Source of the DNA: an uncultured Bacteroidales bacterium
GTDB lineage: Bacteria > Bacteroidota > Bacteroidia > Bacteroidales > Tenuifilaceae
Length of the DNA: 64,000 nt
NCBI GenBank assembly: GCA_937926785.1
Contig: CALBBQ010000013.1
Location: 3,209 to 67,208, forward strand
Direction: 5' to 3'
The position numbers and the translations under genes are program-made. A model generated the notes under the pieces. That model saw only the letters and a program-made list of their open reading frames with translations, was not told the DNA's origin and did not search any database. Shown one piece after another: positions 47,160 to 56,924 of this stretch. The number at the start of each line of letters is the position of its first letter. Position 1 is the first letter of the stretch.

Positions 47160-47996
47160 ATGAATTTTCCAACCGACTTTGAAGAGCAGTATTTTCTTCA
47201 TAATGGATTAATATTACCTGCAAACCAATTCAAAAAAAGCCTAACGGAGGGTGAAAACATTATCTATGAGGTTATCCGGGTTAAGGATTCCGCCCCGCTC
47301 TTCCTGACCGAACATTTACAACGATTTCATTATTCAGCGGATGCAATGGGATACCACATTAATGTGGAAGCAATTAAAAGCTTTATCAGGGAGCTGCTGA
47401 CTGCCAACCCTGTACAGCAAAAAAACTTAAAGCTAATGTTCAATCAGGATAAAAACGGCCACGATAACCTGTTGCTATACTTCATTCCTTCAAGGTATCC
47501 CACACCAGAAGAAAGAATGAATGGTGTCCACGTGGAGGTTCTGGAAGCCGAGAGAAGTAATCCCACTGTAAAATTTGAAAATAAAGCTTTAAGAGCAATT
47601 GCCAATGAGATCATATCAACTCAGAGTTGCTATGAGGTTCTGCTTGCCGATCACGAAGGGCTCATTACGGAGGGTAGCCGTTCAAACGTCTTCTTCATAC
47701 TTAACAACCTGCTGCTAACGGCTCCTGACCATAGAGTACTGGGGGGTATTACCCGTCAAAAGGTGTTTGAAATTATTAATAAGCAAAATATTCCCCTTAC
47801 CTTTCGTTGTATTCATTTGGCAGAACTGACAAATGTAACGGGGTGCTTTATCACCGGAACATCACCCGGCGTTCTGCCAATTTGCTCGATTGGAGAACGG
47901 CATCTTCCTGCCATACCCCATGTTATAAGAATGATCTCCAACGAATACGAACAGATGGTTCAGCAAAGCATTGACACATGGAAAAAATCAGCTTAG
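47160..47996 (+). CDS. PLP-dependent aminotransferase class IV (PabC/IlvE/Dat-like)
   Basis: YEVIRV, EHLQRF, ITEGSRSNVF, VLGGITR, FITGTS. Confidence 0.88.
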   Translation: MNFPTDFEEQYFLHNGLILPANQFKKSLTEGENIIYEVIRVKDSAPLFLTEHLQRFHYSADAMGYHINVEAIKSFIRELLTANPVQQKNLKLMFNQDKNGHDNLLLYFIPSRYPTPEERMNGVHVEVLEAERSNPTVKFENKALRAIANEIISTQSCYEVLLADHEGLITEGSRSNVFFILNNLLLTAPDHRVLGGITRQKVFEIINKQNIPLTFRCIHLAELTNVTGCFITGTSPGVLPICSIGERHLPAIPHVIRMISNEYEQMVQQSIDTWKKSA

Positions 47997-48175
47997 AGCA
48001 ACTGATATCTTTCAAAAGATCATAAGAACAGTATGTTCATTTCGACTTTTTAAAATCATATGTAAACAAAGTTTGGGGTTTCATACCTCGTAAAATAGAT
48101 TGAATGCCTAAGCAATCGGAAATAAAGTTTTAACTTTAAAAGCTACTTTACAGCGAATAAAAAACTTTATGTACC

Positions 48176-48946
48176 ATGAAGGTCGCAATTGTTCAGTCAA
48201 ATATTCACTGGGAGGATAAGAAAAAAAACATCCAAGGTTTCGAGCAGAAACTGAATCACATTGAGGCGGAAACCCAATTGGTCATCCTTCCGGAAATGTT
48301 TACAACCGGGTTCAGCATGAATCCCGAAAAGTTTGCCGAAAAGTATCCGGGTGAAACTGTGGCCTGGATGAAACAGGTAACAAACAGGTACGGGTTTGCT
48401 CTGGCAGGAAGCATAATTGCCAAAAGCAATGGAAGATACTTGAATAGAATGATTTTTGTCCAACCAACCGGCGAGATAACCTTTTACGATAAGCGTCATC
48501 TGTTTCGGATGGGAAAGGAAGATGAGCATTACTCCTCCGGTAACAAACGGGTAATAGTTGAGTACAAGGGTTGGCGCATCATGCTTGCGGTTTGCTACGA
48601 CATCCGGTTCCCTGTTTGGCTCAGGAATCGCAACGACTACGATCTGCTTATTCTGGTTGCAAATTTTCCTGAGAAACGCCGGTATGCATGGAATTCGCTA
48701 GTGGTAGCCCGTGCAATCGAAAATCAGGCTTACGTTGCAGCCTGCAACAGAGTTGGTTCTGATGGGAATAACATTAACCATACAGGAGATTCTCAAATAG
48801 TTGATCCTATGGGACAGCCACTGGCTGTGGCAAAACCAAACTCGGAGGAGATAATTTACGCTAAGCTTTCAAAGGATTACCTGAACTCGGTGAGAGAGAG
48901 TTTTCCTGTACACCTTGATGCCGATAACTTTACTATAAACCTTTAA
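48176..48946 (+). CDS. Nitrilase-family omega-amidase (YafV-like)
   Basis: Catalytic triad contexts LPEMF, YDKRHLF and CYDIRFP; RAIENQAY, NRVG. Confidence 0.9.
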   Translation: MKVAIVQSNIHWEDKKKNIQGFEQKLNHIEAETQLVILPEMFTTGFSMNPEKFAEKYPGETVAWMKQVTNRYGFALAGSIIAKSNGRYLNRMIFVQPTGEITFYDKRHLFRMGKEDEHYSSGNKRVIVEYKGWRIMLAVCYDIRFPVWLRNRNDYDLLILVANFPEKRRYAWNSLVVARAIENQAYVAACNRVGSDGNNINHTGDSQIVDPMGQPLAVAKPNSEEIIYAKLSKDYLNSVRESFPVHLDADNFTINL

Positions 48947-49955
48947 GCTCACCCCTTAAGTAGAGGCAAAGGTTTCTAATGGAGTCGAAAGTTGGGTTGC
49001 GATCGCCTTTCCCTGCTATCCACTGAACTTTTCCTTCGGTCTCTTGAATTTGTACATAAACCTCTGCATTGGGATCACCAGAAAGGTCTACATCAAACCC
49101 CATACGCCTTAAAGCATGAGAAGTCCATTTTTTAACGTATAGCGCCCCACCCACCACGCTGGCCAAACGCTTGGTATGATGGCGATAAACGAACTGTCCC
49201 GATTTGAGATCGAAATATACAGGGGTGTTTTCCATCAGGCTATTTAAGGTTCCGGTAAGCATGATGTCCTCAGGTGCACCAACCTTAAGGCCGTTGGCCA
49301 ACATCAGCCAAATGGTATCGACCAAGCCAAAAGCGGTTTGGAGATCGTGAGTTGAAATGATAACTGTTTTCCCAAGCATGGCTTGCTCGCGAAGCAGGCG
49401 CATCACCTCGAACTTATTCGGAAGATCCAGAAATGCGGTGGGTTCATCCATCAGTATTATGGGGGTATCCTGAGCAATGGCAAAAGCAATCATAACCCGC
49501 TGCCGCTCTCCATCGCTAAGGTTGTCGATATACCTCGACCTGAATTTCATCATCCCAACAGAATCAATTGCCCTGCTCACTATATGATGATCTTCATTTG
49601 AGAGCGATTCAAACCAACCGCGATAGGGGTAGCGAGCCATGCACACGAACTCGTAAACCGAAGTGTGCGAAGCATGAGCGGGTTCTGAAGGGATAAAGCT
49701 AACTAAACGCGCATACTCCGCAGTTGTATAGTTTGAAATGTCACTACCGTTAATGCTCACTGTTCCCTCAAGCGGAGGTTGAAGCTGTGCCAGGGTACGT
49801 AGCAGGGTGCTCTTCCCCACCCCGTTCCTGCCAACAATAGCAATGAGCTCACCAGCAAGGGCAACCGAATTAAAGGCAGGGTAAAAGAAAGCGGAATTTT
49901 TCCCGTTTCGGTATCCGGAAACCAATCCTTTAATATCGATTACGATCCTGGACAT
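48933..49955 (-). CDS. Iron/cobalamin ABC transporter ATP-binding subunit
   Basis: GRNGVGKST, LSDGERQR, LMDEPTAFLD, STHDL. Confidence 0.9.
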   Translation of the reverse strand: MSRIVIDIKGLVSGYRNGKNSAFFYPAFNSVALAGELIAIVGRNGVGKSTLLRTLAQLQPPLEGTVSINGSDISNYTTAEYARLVSFIPSEPAHASHTSVYEFVCMARYPYRGWFESLSNEDHHIVSRAIDSVGMMKFRSRYIDNLSDGERQRVMIAFAIAQDTPIILMDEPTAFLDLPNKFEVMRLLREQAMLGKTVIISTHDLQTAFGLVDTIWLMLANGLKVGAPEDIMLTGTLNSLMENTPVYFDLKSGQFVYRHHTKRLASVVGGALYVKKWTSHALRRMGFDVDLSGDPNAEVYVQIQETEGKVQWIAGKGDRNPTFDSIRNLCLYLRGELKGL

Positions 49956-50977
49956 CAGCCTGATACCCTTTTATTCCTGATAACAATGTAAATCACCACC
50001 GGAATGCCCATCAGCGAGGCAATGGAGTTTAGCGGCAATACCAATGCCGACCCCGGTAGCTGGGCAATTATATCGCAAAGCAGCAATACCGATGCCCCAA
50101 CAATTGCGCTGGCAGGAAGTAGTATGGCATGGTTTGAAGTACGGAAAGCTAACCGAACCAGGTGTGGAACTGCTATGCCTATGAAAGCAATTGGCCCATT
50201 GAACGCTGTTGCAGTGCCAGCCAAAATGCTTGTTGAAAGGAAAACGAAAAAACGAATACGTTTTACATTGAAACCAAGGGTTCGGGCATAAGAATCGCCT
50301 ACCCCAAGTACATTCAAAGGTCGGACGTACACCCAGGCCAAAACTAGCCCGGTTATCACCATCAATGCATATAACCACAGTTTATCGCGTCCAACCCCTC
50401 CTAAACTACCCATGGTCCATATCACAAAACTTTTGAGCGAAGCCTCACTGCCAAAGTACTGAAGCAAGCCTGTAACGGCTGAAACAGCCGTGCCAAACAT
50501 CATGCCCAGAATTAGTATGGTCATAATATCCCGAATACGAACTGAAACCGCCAGGATAAGCATCAAAACCAAAAAGGCACCGGTTAATGCGGCCAGCACA
50601 ATTCCAAACTCCCCAGCAAGAAAGCTAACACCAAATGCCGATGCCCCCATCAAAACCAAGGCCACTCCAAGACTTGCCCCTGAACTGATACCCAAAACAT
50701 AGGGTCCGGCCAGCGGGTTACGAAAAACGGTTTGCATCTGCAAACCACTAACCGATAAGGCCGCCCCCGCTAACCACGCAGATACCATTTTGGGTACCCT
50801 GAAATTCAACAGAATGTTTTGGTTAACCGGATCGGACAGATTTTTCCCGATAACGAAATTCAGCAAATCGGGAAAGGGTATGCTTACCGAGCCCGTTGAT
50901 AGGTCGATGAACGACAAAACAACCAGGGCTATCATTAGCCCAATGAAAATGAATATTTTTTTTGATTCGCTATTCAC
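49955..50977 (-). CDS. FecCD/BtuC-family ABC permease
   Basis: GLQMQTVFRNPLAGPYVLGISSGA, WTMGSL, GPIAFIGIAVPH. Confidence 0.92.
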   Translation of the reverse strand: MNSESKKIFIFIGLMIALVVLSFIDLSTGSVSIPFPDLLNFVIGKNLSDPVNQNILLNFRVPKMVSAWLAGAALSVSGLQMQTVFRNPLAGPYVLGISSGASLGVALVLMGASAFGVSFLAGEFGIVLAALTGAFLVLMLILAVSVRIRDIMTILILGMMFGTAVSAVTGLLQYFGSEASLKSFVIWTMGSLGGVGRDKLWLYALMVITGLVLAWVYVRPLNVLGVGDSYARTLGFNVKRIRFFVFLSTSILAGTATAFNGPIAFIGIAVPHLVRLAFRTSNHAILLPASAIVGASVLLLCDIIAQLPGSALVLPLNSIASLMGIPVVIYIVIRNKRVSG

Positions 50978-50987
50978 CTGATGGGTA

Positions 50988-51307
50988 CTAAAACGTTACC
51001 ATTTTATCGGCCCATTCCACCAGCGCTACACAATCGGACATGGTTGACATGGGCAGAGCTCTGTGCTGCTCATGTTTCTGGACTTTAGACAAGTGCCACA
51101 GGCAAGTATGGTTCCTCCATCATCGGAAAATCGGCTCATCTGATTGACAACATCGTACCTCTCGTGCGAAACATTTTGGCATTCAACCGCCTCGCCCATG
51201 AGAAACACTTTTACCTGATGGCCTTTACTTTGCGCAGCAACTGCAAAACGAAAGGCGTTCCATGCTTTTTCCGGTTCTTTAGTTTCAATTATTATTCCTA
51301 ATCTCAT
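50988..51307 (-). pseudogene. DsrE/DsrF-family protein with an apparent 1-nt frameshift near 51052 (pseudogene or sequencing error)
   Basis: Frame 1 gives ..VFLMGEAVE..ACGTCLKSR..ELCP then CQPCPIV-stop at 51026. Adding one C to the TGCCC-ATG run gives CPMSTMSDCVALVEWADKMVTF-stop at 50988, the expected DsrE C-terminus. Confidence 0.7.
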
Positions 51308-51333
51308 AAAGCTATGGTTGGAATTTTAAGTTG

Positions 51334-52458
51334 CTATTTTAAGAGTTGATAGTAGTATAGACTGTCGCTTGGCAAGAGTTCCGGGTGAAAAATTTTGATT
51401 AAATCGCGGAGAATCAGTTCCGGATGAACAACACCCGATTCCCAAAAGTCATTCCCCCCACCGGGCCCTACTCGTTTATTATTGTTGAATACTCTTCCTT
51501 GCCTAAATGGTTTCAAATCGGCAAATCGTTTGTCAAACAGAATAAGTTCATCAAGGTTTTGGGCTGCGCCCGGGTTAAGCCATATATCACTATTAATTCC
51601 GGCCTTATATGCCAATTCAGTGCTAACCGGATGACTGGTATTGCCTTTGAGCTCCGAGAAAACATACTGCCCCCCGGCATCGTGAATAAACCTTACGAAA
51701 TAATTGTCGTTACCTGGAAAGTACCATATATCGCGAAAGGGAATGTTCAAAAATACGATGGGTCTCAACTTTGCGCCTTGTGCTATCTCTGAAAACTGCA
51801 AGTATTTAACTTCAATATCATTAAAAACTGAATCGGCTAAACCAGCTTTGCCAAAAAACACACCAAAAAACTTAATCCATTCAGCACGTCCTAATGGCGA
51901 ACTTTCAAGGTAATCGGGAACCATCACCACCCTGATTCCCAGCTCCATCAGCTTTTCAATGTATGTCACTGATTCCGGCTGAACGCCATACACAAACACC
52001 ACATCGGGTTTCAGCTTGCTGATCACCTCGTAGTTTAGGCTCTGGTCATAGCCCACCTCAACAACACAGCCCTGCTTAATTCGCTCTATGATTCTGGAGT
52101 TATTTACGTACTGGGTACCGGATATGCCCACAATGGTGGAATCCATTCCCAATGCGCTGATGTAACCAATATGGGTAGATGATAAGCAGATAATCCTTTT
52201 GACCGGAATCAAAAAATCGGTTTGTGAGGGGGTAAACTTTTCGTTGTCAGTATAAAGATGATAGGAATAGCTTACTCCGCTAGCCGTTTGCCATGGATCA
52301 TAAACTTTAACAACCATTGCACTATCGTATGATTGGATGCTAAAGCCCTTTGCATACCTAACAATTCCTGGAAACTTTTCGGTCTCAGATTTCTTTTGAT
52401 CCTGTGCACAACCAGCTAAAACAACTGCAAGAATTATAATGCAACGAAAACGGGACAT
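51334..52458 (-). CDS. BtuF/FhuD-type ABC substrate-binding lipoprotein
   Basis: Lipobox VLAGC, YAKGFSI, RIICLSSTH, YLESSPLGRAEWIK, DFWESGVVHPELILRDL. Confidence 0.9.
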   Translation of the reverse strand: MSRFRCIIILAVVLAGCAQDQKKSETEKFPGIVRYAKGFSIQSYDSAMVVKVYDPWQTASGVSYSYHLYTDNEKFTPSQTDFLIPVKRIICLSSTHIGYISALGMDSTIVGISGTQYVNNSRIIERIKQGCVVEVGYDQSLNYEVISKLKPDVVFVYGVQPESVTYIEKLMELGIRVVMVPDYLESSPLGRAEWIKFFGVFFGKAGLADSVFNDIEVKYLQFSEIAQGAKLRPIVFLNIPFRDIWYFPGNDNYFVRFIHDAGGQYVFSELKGNTSHPVSTELAYKAGINSDIWLNPGAAQNLDELILFDKRFADLKPFRQGRVFNNNKRVGPGGGNDFWESGVVHPELILRDLIKIFHPELLPSDSLYYYQLLK

Positions 52459-52714
52459 GATTCCAAATATTTAGGCAAATTTAGCGCTTTAGTGTTAAAA
52501 ATTCACGTTATGATAGAAATAAACAAGAACACAATCTTTGAAAATTAAAAATAACAGATAAACAATTTTAACACACACAAAAGGGTTCGGCTTGTGTTAT
52601 TTTGTAACTTAGTGGTTCAGTATCATCCCAAATTAGCAGTCCTATAGATTTTCAACTTGATAAAATAGAATTGAAGCTGAAAAATTGGGGGAACAATCAT
52701 ACCGAAGAGAAAGC

Positions 52715-54673
52715 ATGAAAGCCAAAAAAAAATATGTTGGGTTGGATGATTTACCGGTAAGCCTAATTGTGGTAAACCGCAAAGGGGTTATCATGGATTA
52801 TAGCCCTGGCACGCTAATCCTTACCGATAAGCCGATAGTAAAGGAGGATAGCATCAACCTTCATTTCCCTTTGCTTAACTTCAAGCCAGTAAAGAATGAG
52901 AGCACGCTGACTTTTACCCAATACTTTAACGGCAAACCCCTGATATATCGCGCAAACGTTAAACCTGTTGAGCAAAACTTTTTTATCATTTGGTTGGAAA
53001 ATATCACAAAGCAGGATAAGATTGACCGCATTAATAAGGTTCTGGTTAGGTTATCGGCAACCAGCCTGGAAAGCATCAGTACCGAGGATTTTTACAGGTT
53101 CATGCAAGCCGGTCTAAATACACTTTTTGATGCCCAAAACATCTATCTGGTTCTATTTGACAAAAGCCGCCAACAGCTCAAGCTGGCATACGTAAACGAC
53201 ACGCACCAAATTGGGACAGACTATCCAAGTGGCGATACTTTTGCTTTATGGGTAGCACACCGTGGGCAAGGGGTAATCCTAAACCGTAAGCAGATTAATA
53301 GCATCAAGAGGCGACATAAGCTAACCTTTTTTGGACCACCCGCTCAATGCTGGATGGCTGTTCCGCTAAAAGCAAACAACGATGTGGTTGGCGTGCTGGC
53401 CGTTCAAAACTACACAAATCCTAATGCCTACGATCATGATGACTTAGAGGTTTTCGAATTCGTATCGCGGCAGCTCACCTACGTCATCATTCAAAAGGAA
53501 AGAGAGCAAGAGCTCAGACTTGCCAAACAAAAAGCTGAAGAGGCCGACAGGCTTAAATCAACATTTCTGGCAAACATGAGCCATGAAATCCGTACCCCCA
53601 TGAATGCCATTCTGGGATTCTCTGAGCTAATTACCCGGGAACGCATTCCCAATGAAAAGAAACAGGTTTATGCCGATTACATCAAAAGTAACGGCAAGCT
53701 GCTACTAACTTTGATTGACGATATCATAGAGCTTTCAAAAATTGAATCGGGCATTTACACCATCCGGAGGCAACCCATAGAGCTGGAAAGCCTTTTTGAG
53801 GAGCTCCATCACTATGCTATCGCTGAGAGAAAACGTCAAAAAAGAGATATTCAAATCATCAGAGATATCAAAATCGATAAAGAGATCAGCAACGTACTTG
53901 CCGATGGAGAGCGAATAAAACAGGTAATGCTGAACCTGTTAAACAACGCCATCAAGTTTACTCATGAAGGGAGCATCAAGCTGGGGTATAATATCCCCAA
54001 TAATGTAACCATTGAGTTCTATGTGAGCGATACCGGAATTGGTATTCCCAAAGATATGCAAACCCTGATTTTTGAGCGGTTCAGGCAGGCTGACGAATCA
54101 GCCCGAAGACAGTTTGGAGGTGCGGGTCTGGGTTTAACCATTTCGAAAAAATTGGTGGAGCTCATGGGGGGTAAAATATGGGTAGAATCCGAACCAGGTA
54201 AAGGCTCCTGCTTTCGGTTTACGCTACCCCTTATCATTCCGAGCATAACCAGATCGCGCCAGGCTATAAAAACCGCTCCGAGTGAAGCCAGTAGCCTGAA
54301 AGGAAAAACTCTGCTAATAATAGAGGATAACCCTGCCAATGTAAGTTATCTTAGGGAAGTAGTTGAATCGGCTGGCGGGTTTTGCCTGGTGGCAAACACA
54401 GGTGCCGAAGCCTTTCAGATGCTAACCAAGGAAATGGGAATAGACGCTGTACTTGTTGATATACAACTAACCGATACCGATGGATTCGAACTGATTGAAA
54501 AATTGAAGCAGCTCAAACCGGATGTTCCGCTGGTAATCCAATCGGCCTACTCATTCCCTGAATATTCAGCCAAAGCTGAGTCGTTGGGGGTAAAGCACTA
54601 CCTGACTAAGCCCATGCTGGCAAACGAAATACTGGCAACCCTAAATGAAATATTTCTTGATGATATGCAATAA
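52715..54673 (+). CDS. Cytoplasmic hybrid histidine kinase (PAS-like, GAF, HisKA, HATPase, receiver)
   Basis: ATG at 52715. GAF MAVPLK..VVGVLAV, FLANMSHEIRTP, NLLNNAIKFT, DTGIGI, GAGLGL, VLVDIQL, LTKP. No TM segment. Confidence 0.9.
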   Translation: MKAKKKYVGLDDLPVSLIVVNRKGVIMDYSPGTLILTDKPIVKEDSINLHFPLLNFKPVKNESTLTFTQYFNGKPLIYRANVKPVEQNFFIIWLENITKQDKIDRINKVLVRLSATSLESISTEDFYRFMQAGLNTLFDAQNIYLVLFDKSRQQLKLAYVNDTHQIGTDYPSGDTFALWVAHRGQGVILNRKQINSIKRRHKLTFFGPPAQCWMAVPLKANNDVVGVLAVQNYTNPNAYDHDDLEVFEFVSRQLTYVIIQKEREQELRLAKQKAEEADRLKSTFLANMSHEIRTPMNAILGFSELITRERIPNEKKQVYADYIKSNGKLLLTLIDDIIELSKIESGIYTIRRQPIELESLFEELHHYAIAERKRQKRDIQIIRDIKIDKEISNVLADGERIKQVMLNLLNNAIKFTHEGSIKLGYNIPNNVTIEFYVSDTGIGIPKDMQTLIFERFRQADESARRQFGGAGLGLTISKKLVELMGGKIWVESEPGKGSCFRFTLPLIIPSITRSRQAIKTAPSEASSLKGKTLLIIEDNPANVSYLREVVESAGGFCLVANTGAEAFQMLTKEMGIDAVLVDIQLTDTDGFELIEKLKQLKPDVPLVIQSAYSFPEYSAKAESLGVKHYLTKPMLANEILATLNEIFLDDMQ

Positions 54674-54737
54674 CGATGGATGGCATAAAAAATATTATTA
54701 ATTTTAGGAAGATAAATCAAGCTTAAGTTTACTCGCC

Positions 54738-56924
54738 TTGCCAGAAAACTACTTAAACTCCAAACTACTCTGTGCTCTACTTGCATTCTGTTTGTTTGCA
54801 AATGCTCAGAATGTAAGCCCCCTAACCAACATTGACACACTTAAGGCATTAGATAAAAAGATAGAGCAGTTCGAAGCTAGAGCCGACCGTGTGGGCTTAA
54901 CCGAAACTCTGCTTGCAAAAGCAAACTATCTATTTACAAAACACTATTACGACCGTGCGCTCATTGAGGCTAACCAGGCGCTCATGGTTGCCCTTGACCT
55001 GGGAAGAGAGCAATTGCTGGAAAAGGTTTACTACCTTTTATCGCAAATACATTTTGCCAAAGGGCTACTCTTTGAATCCACCGAATACCTTTACCCCGGA
55101 TACCGACTCAGCGTATCTATTAAGGATGGTAACAAGATAAGCTGGTACTTACTTGCCATTAGTGAAGTTGAGGAGGAACTGGGTCGGTTAACCAATGCCA
55201 TTGAAATTAACCTTGCAGCTATTGAATACTTCAAGCAAATTGACGATTCAACTTCGCTAGCCAAGATTTACCGTTCACAAGGGTTAATCCATACCGAGTT
55301 TGGGAACTATGCCACCGCACAGAACTATCTGGAAAAAGCCATTGCAACATTCATCTCGAAAAACGACAGCCTGAACATGGGAAAAACCTACCGAATACTT
55401 GCCTATAACTTTATTAAACAATCTAAATTTTTGCTCGCCGAAAGGCATCTGAAAAAATCAGAATCGCTTCTCAAAAACCTATGTGCAAAGGAGCTAAACC
55501 GAACCCGATCCCTTAAAGCCGAGCTACTCTTAACCCAGAATAACATTCCCCAGGCCATCAGGGATCTCAAGGAGGTAATTGCTGAGCAACAAAGGCTTAG
55601 CGACACGTTCGGCACGATACACTCAGGCATTGCTTTAGGTAAGGCACTCATGCTGAATAAGCAGTTCACTGATGCTCAAAAAACCTTTGAATTTTGCTTG
55701 AAGCGCGCCGAAGAGGTAAACATGACTCACCTTTCACGTATCGTCTATCTTGAGCTATCTAGGATTGAAGAACTTAGAGGTAATAGCAGTGGCGCATTCC
55801 GTTACATCAAAAAGTATATCACGCTAACCGACAGCCTTTTCAACATTCAAAAGATCAGCGAAGCTAACCGTTTGGAAAACATTTCGGCCCTTCACCAAAA
55901 GGAAAAGGAGCTTCAGGCGCAAAAAGAGAACCTGTTGGTGAACGAGAATAAACTCAGCAAATCAAGATTTAGATTATATCTTTTGCTAGGTTTCACGCTA
56001 TTCCTGTTGGTGATGTTCACAATCTCATATACCGCTTACCGCAACAAACTCAGAGCCAATACACTACTGGCTGAACAAAATATTAAAATTGAAAAGCAAA
56101 AAAACCTACTGGAGCAACGCTCACGCGATATCACAGACAGCCTAAACTATGCCCGTCGAATACAAAAGGCAATTCTTCAAACCTCCGAACAACCTGAAGA
56201 GTTCTTCCAGGAATCTTTTCTCATTTTCATACCCAAGGAGCTTGTTAGTGGCGATTTTTACTGGTTTAAGAAAATAGATAATCATACTCTATTTGCTTTA
56301 GCAGATTGTACAGGACATGGCGCCCCAGGAGCATTTATGAGTATTATTGGCATGTTTGGGCTTAACCAGATTGTGAATGAGCTGAAGGAAACTAACCCCA
56401 GCGATGTTCTGCTTAGCCTGAACAAGCTTTTTCAAACCTCATTTGAGCAAAAGGAGGGATCGGAGATTTTTGATGGCATGGATATTGCCTTTTGCAACTA
56501 TAACCCCCAAACCGGCGAGTTACGTTATGCCGGTGCAAACATTTATCTCCATGTGGTAAGGAAATCGTCTTTACCACCTGTATCGGGTAACATACTGCAT
56601 AAAAATGAATTACACACCCTTTACCAAGTAAAGTGTGAAAGATACTCAATAGGATACATGACTGAACGAGTTTCCTTCACTACTCACAGCGTGCAGCTGC
56701 AAAAAGATGACATTATTCTACTCTTCACCGATGGTTTTACCGACCAGTTTGGTGGCCCAAAGGCTAAGAAGTTCAGACCAGCAGAGTTTCGGGCAATACT
56801 CTGCGATATTGCAAACCTACCCATGAACCGACAACGCGACTTCCTCCTGGAAACCTACTCCGAATGGAAAGGCAACAACGTTCAGGTTGACGATGTAACC
56901 ATACTAGGTATCAGAATTACTTAG
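54738..56924 (+). CDS. Membrane sensor with periplasmic TPRs and cytoplasmic SpoIIE/PP2C phosphatase
   Basis: Signal peptide, TPR-like helices, TM, SLNYARRIQ, VSGDFYW, ADCTGHGAPG, DGMDI, LFTDGFTDQFGG, QVDDVT. Confidence 0.88.
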   Translation: MPENYLNSKLLCALLAFCLFANAQNVSPLTNIDTLKALDKKIEQFEARADRVGLTETLLAKANYLFTKHYYDRALIEANQALMVALDLGREQLLEKVYYLLSQIHFAKGLLFESTEYLYPGYRLSVSIKDGNKISWYLLAISEVEEELGRLTNAIEINLAAIEYFKQIDDSTSLAKIYRSQGLIHTEFGNYATAQNYLEKAIATFISKNDSLNMGKTYRILAYNFIKQSKFLLAERHLKKSESLLKNLCAKELNRTRSLKAELLLTQNNIPQAIRDLKEVIAEQQRLSDTFGTIHSGIALGKALMLNKQFTDAQKTFEFCLKRAEEVNMTHLSRIVYLELSRIEELRGNSSGAFRYIKKYITLTDSLFNIQKISEANRLENISALHQKEKELQAQKENLLVNENKLSKSRFRLYLLLGFTLFLLVMFTISYTAYRNKLRANTLLAEQNIKIEKQKNLLEQRSRDITDSLNYARRIQKAILQTSEQPEEFFQESFLIFIPKELVSGDFYWFKKIDNHTLFALADCTGHGAPGAFMSIIGMFGLNQIVNELKETNPSDVLLSLNKLFQTSFEQKEGSEIFDGMDIAFCNYNPQTGELRYAGANIYLHVVRKSSLPPVSGNILHKNELHTLYQVKCERYSIGYMTERVSFTTHSVQLQKDDIILLFTDGFTDQFGGPKAKKFRPAEFRAILCDIANLPMNRQRDFLLETYSEWKGNNVQVDDVTILGIRIT

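Noticed and set aside
52459-52684. Cobalamin riboswitch ahead of the BtuF-like gene
   Set aside because: No GGGAA/GCCACTG-type conserved elements on the minus strand.
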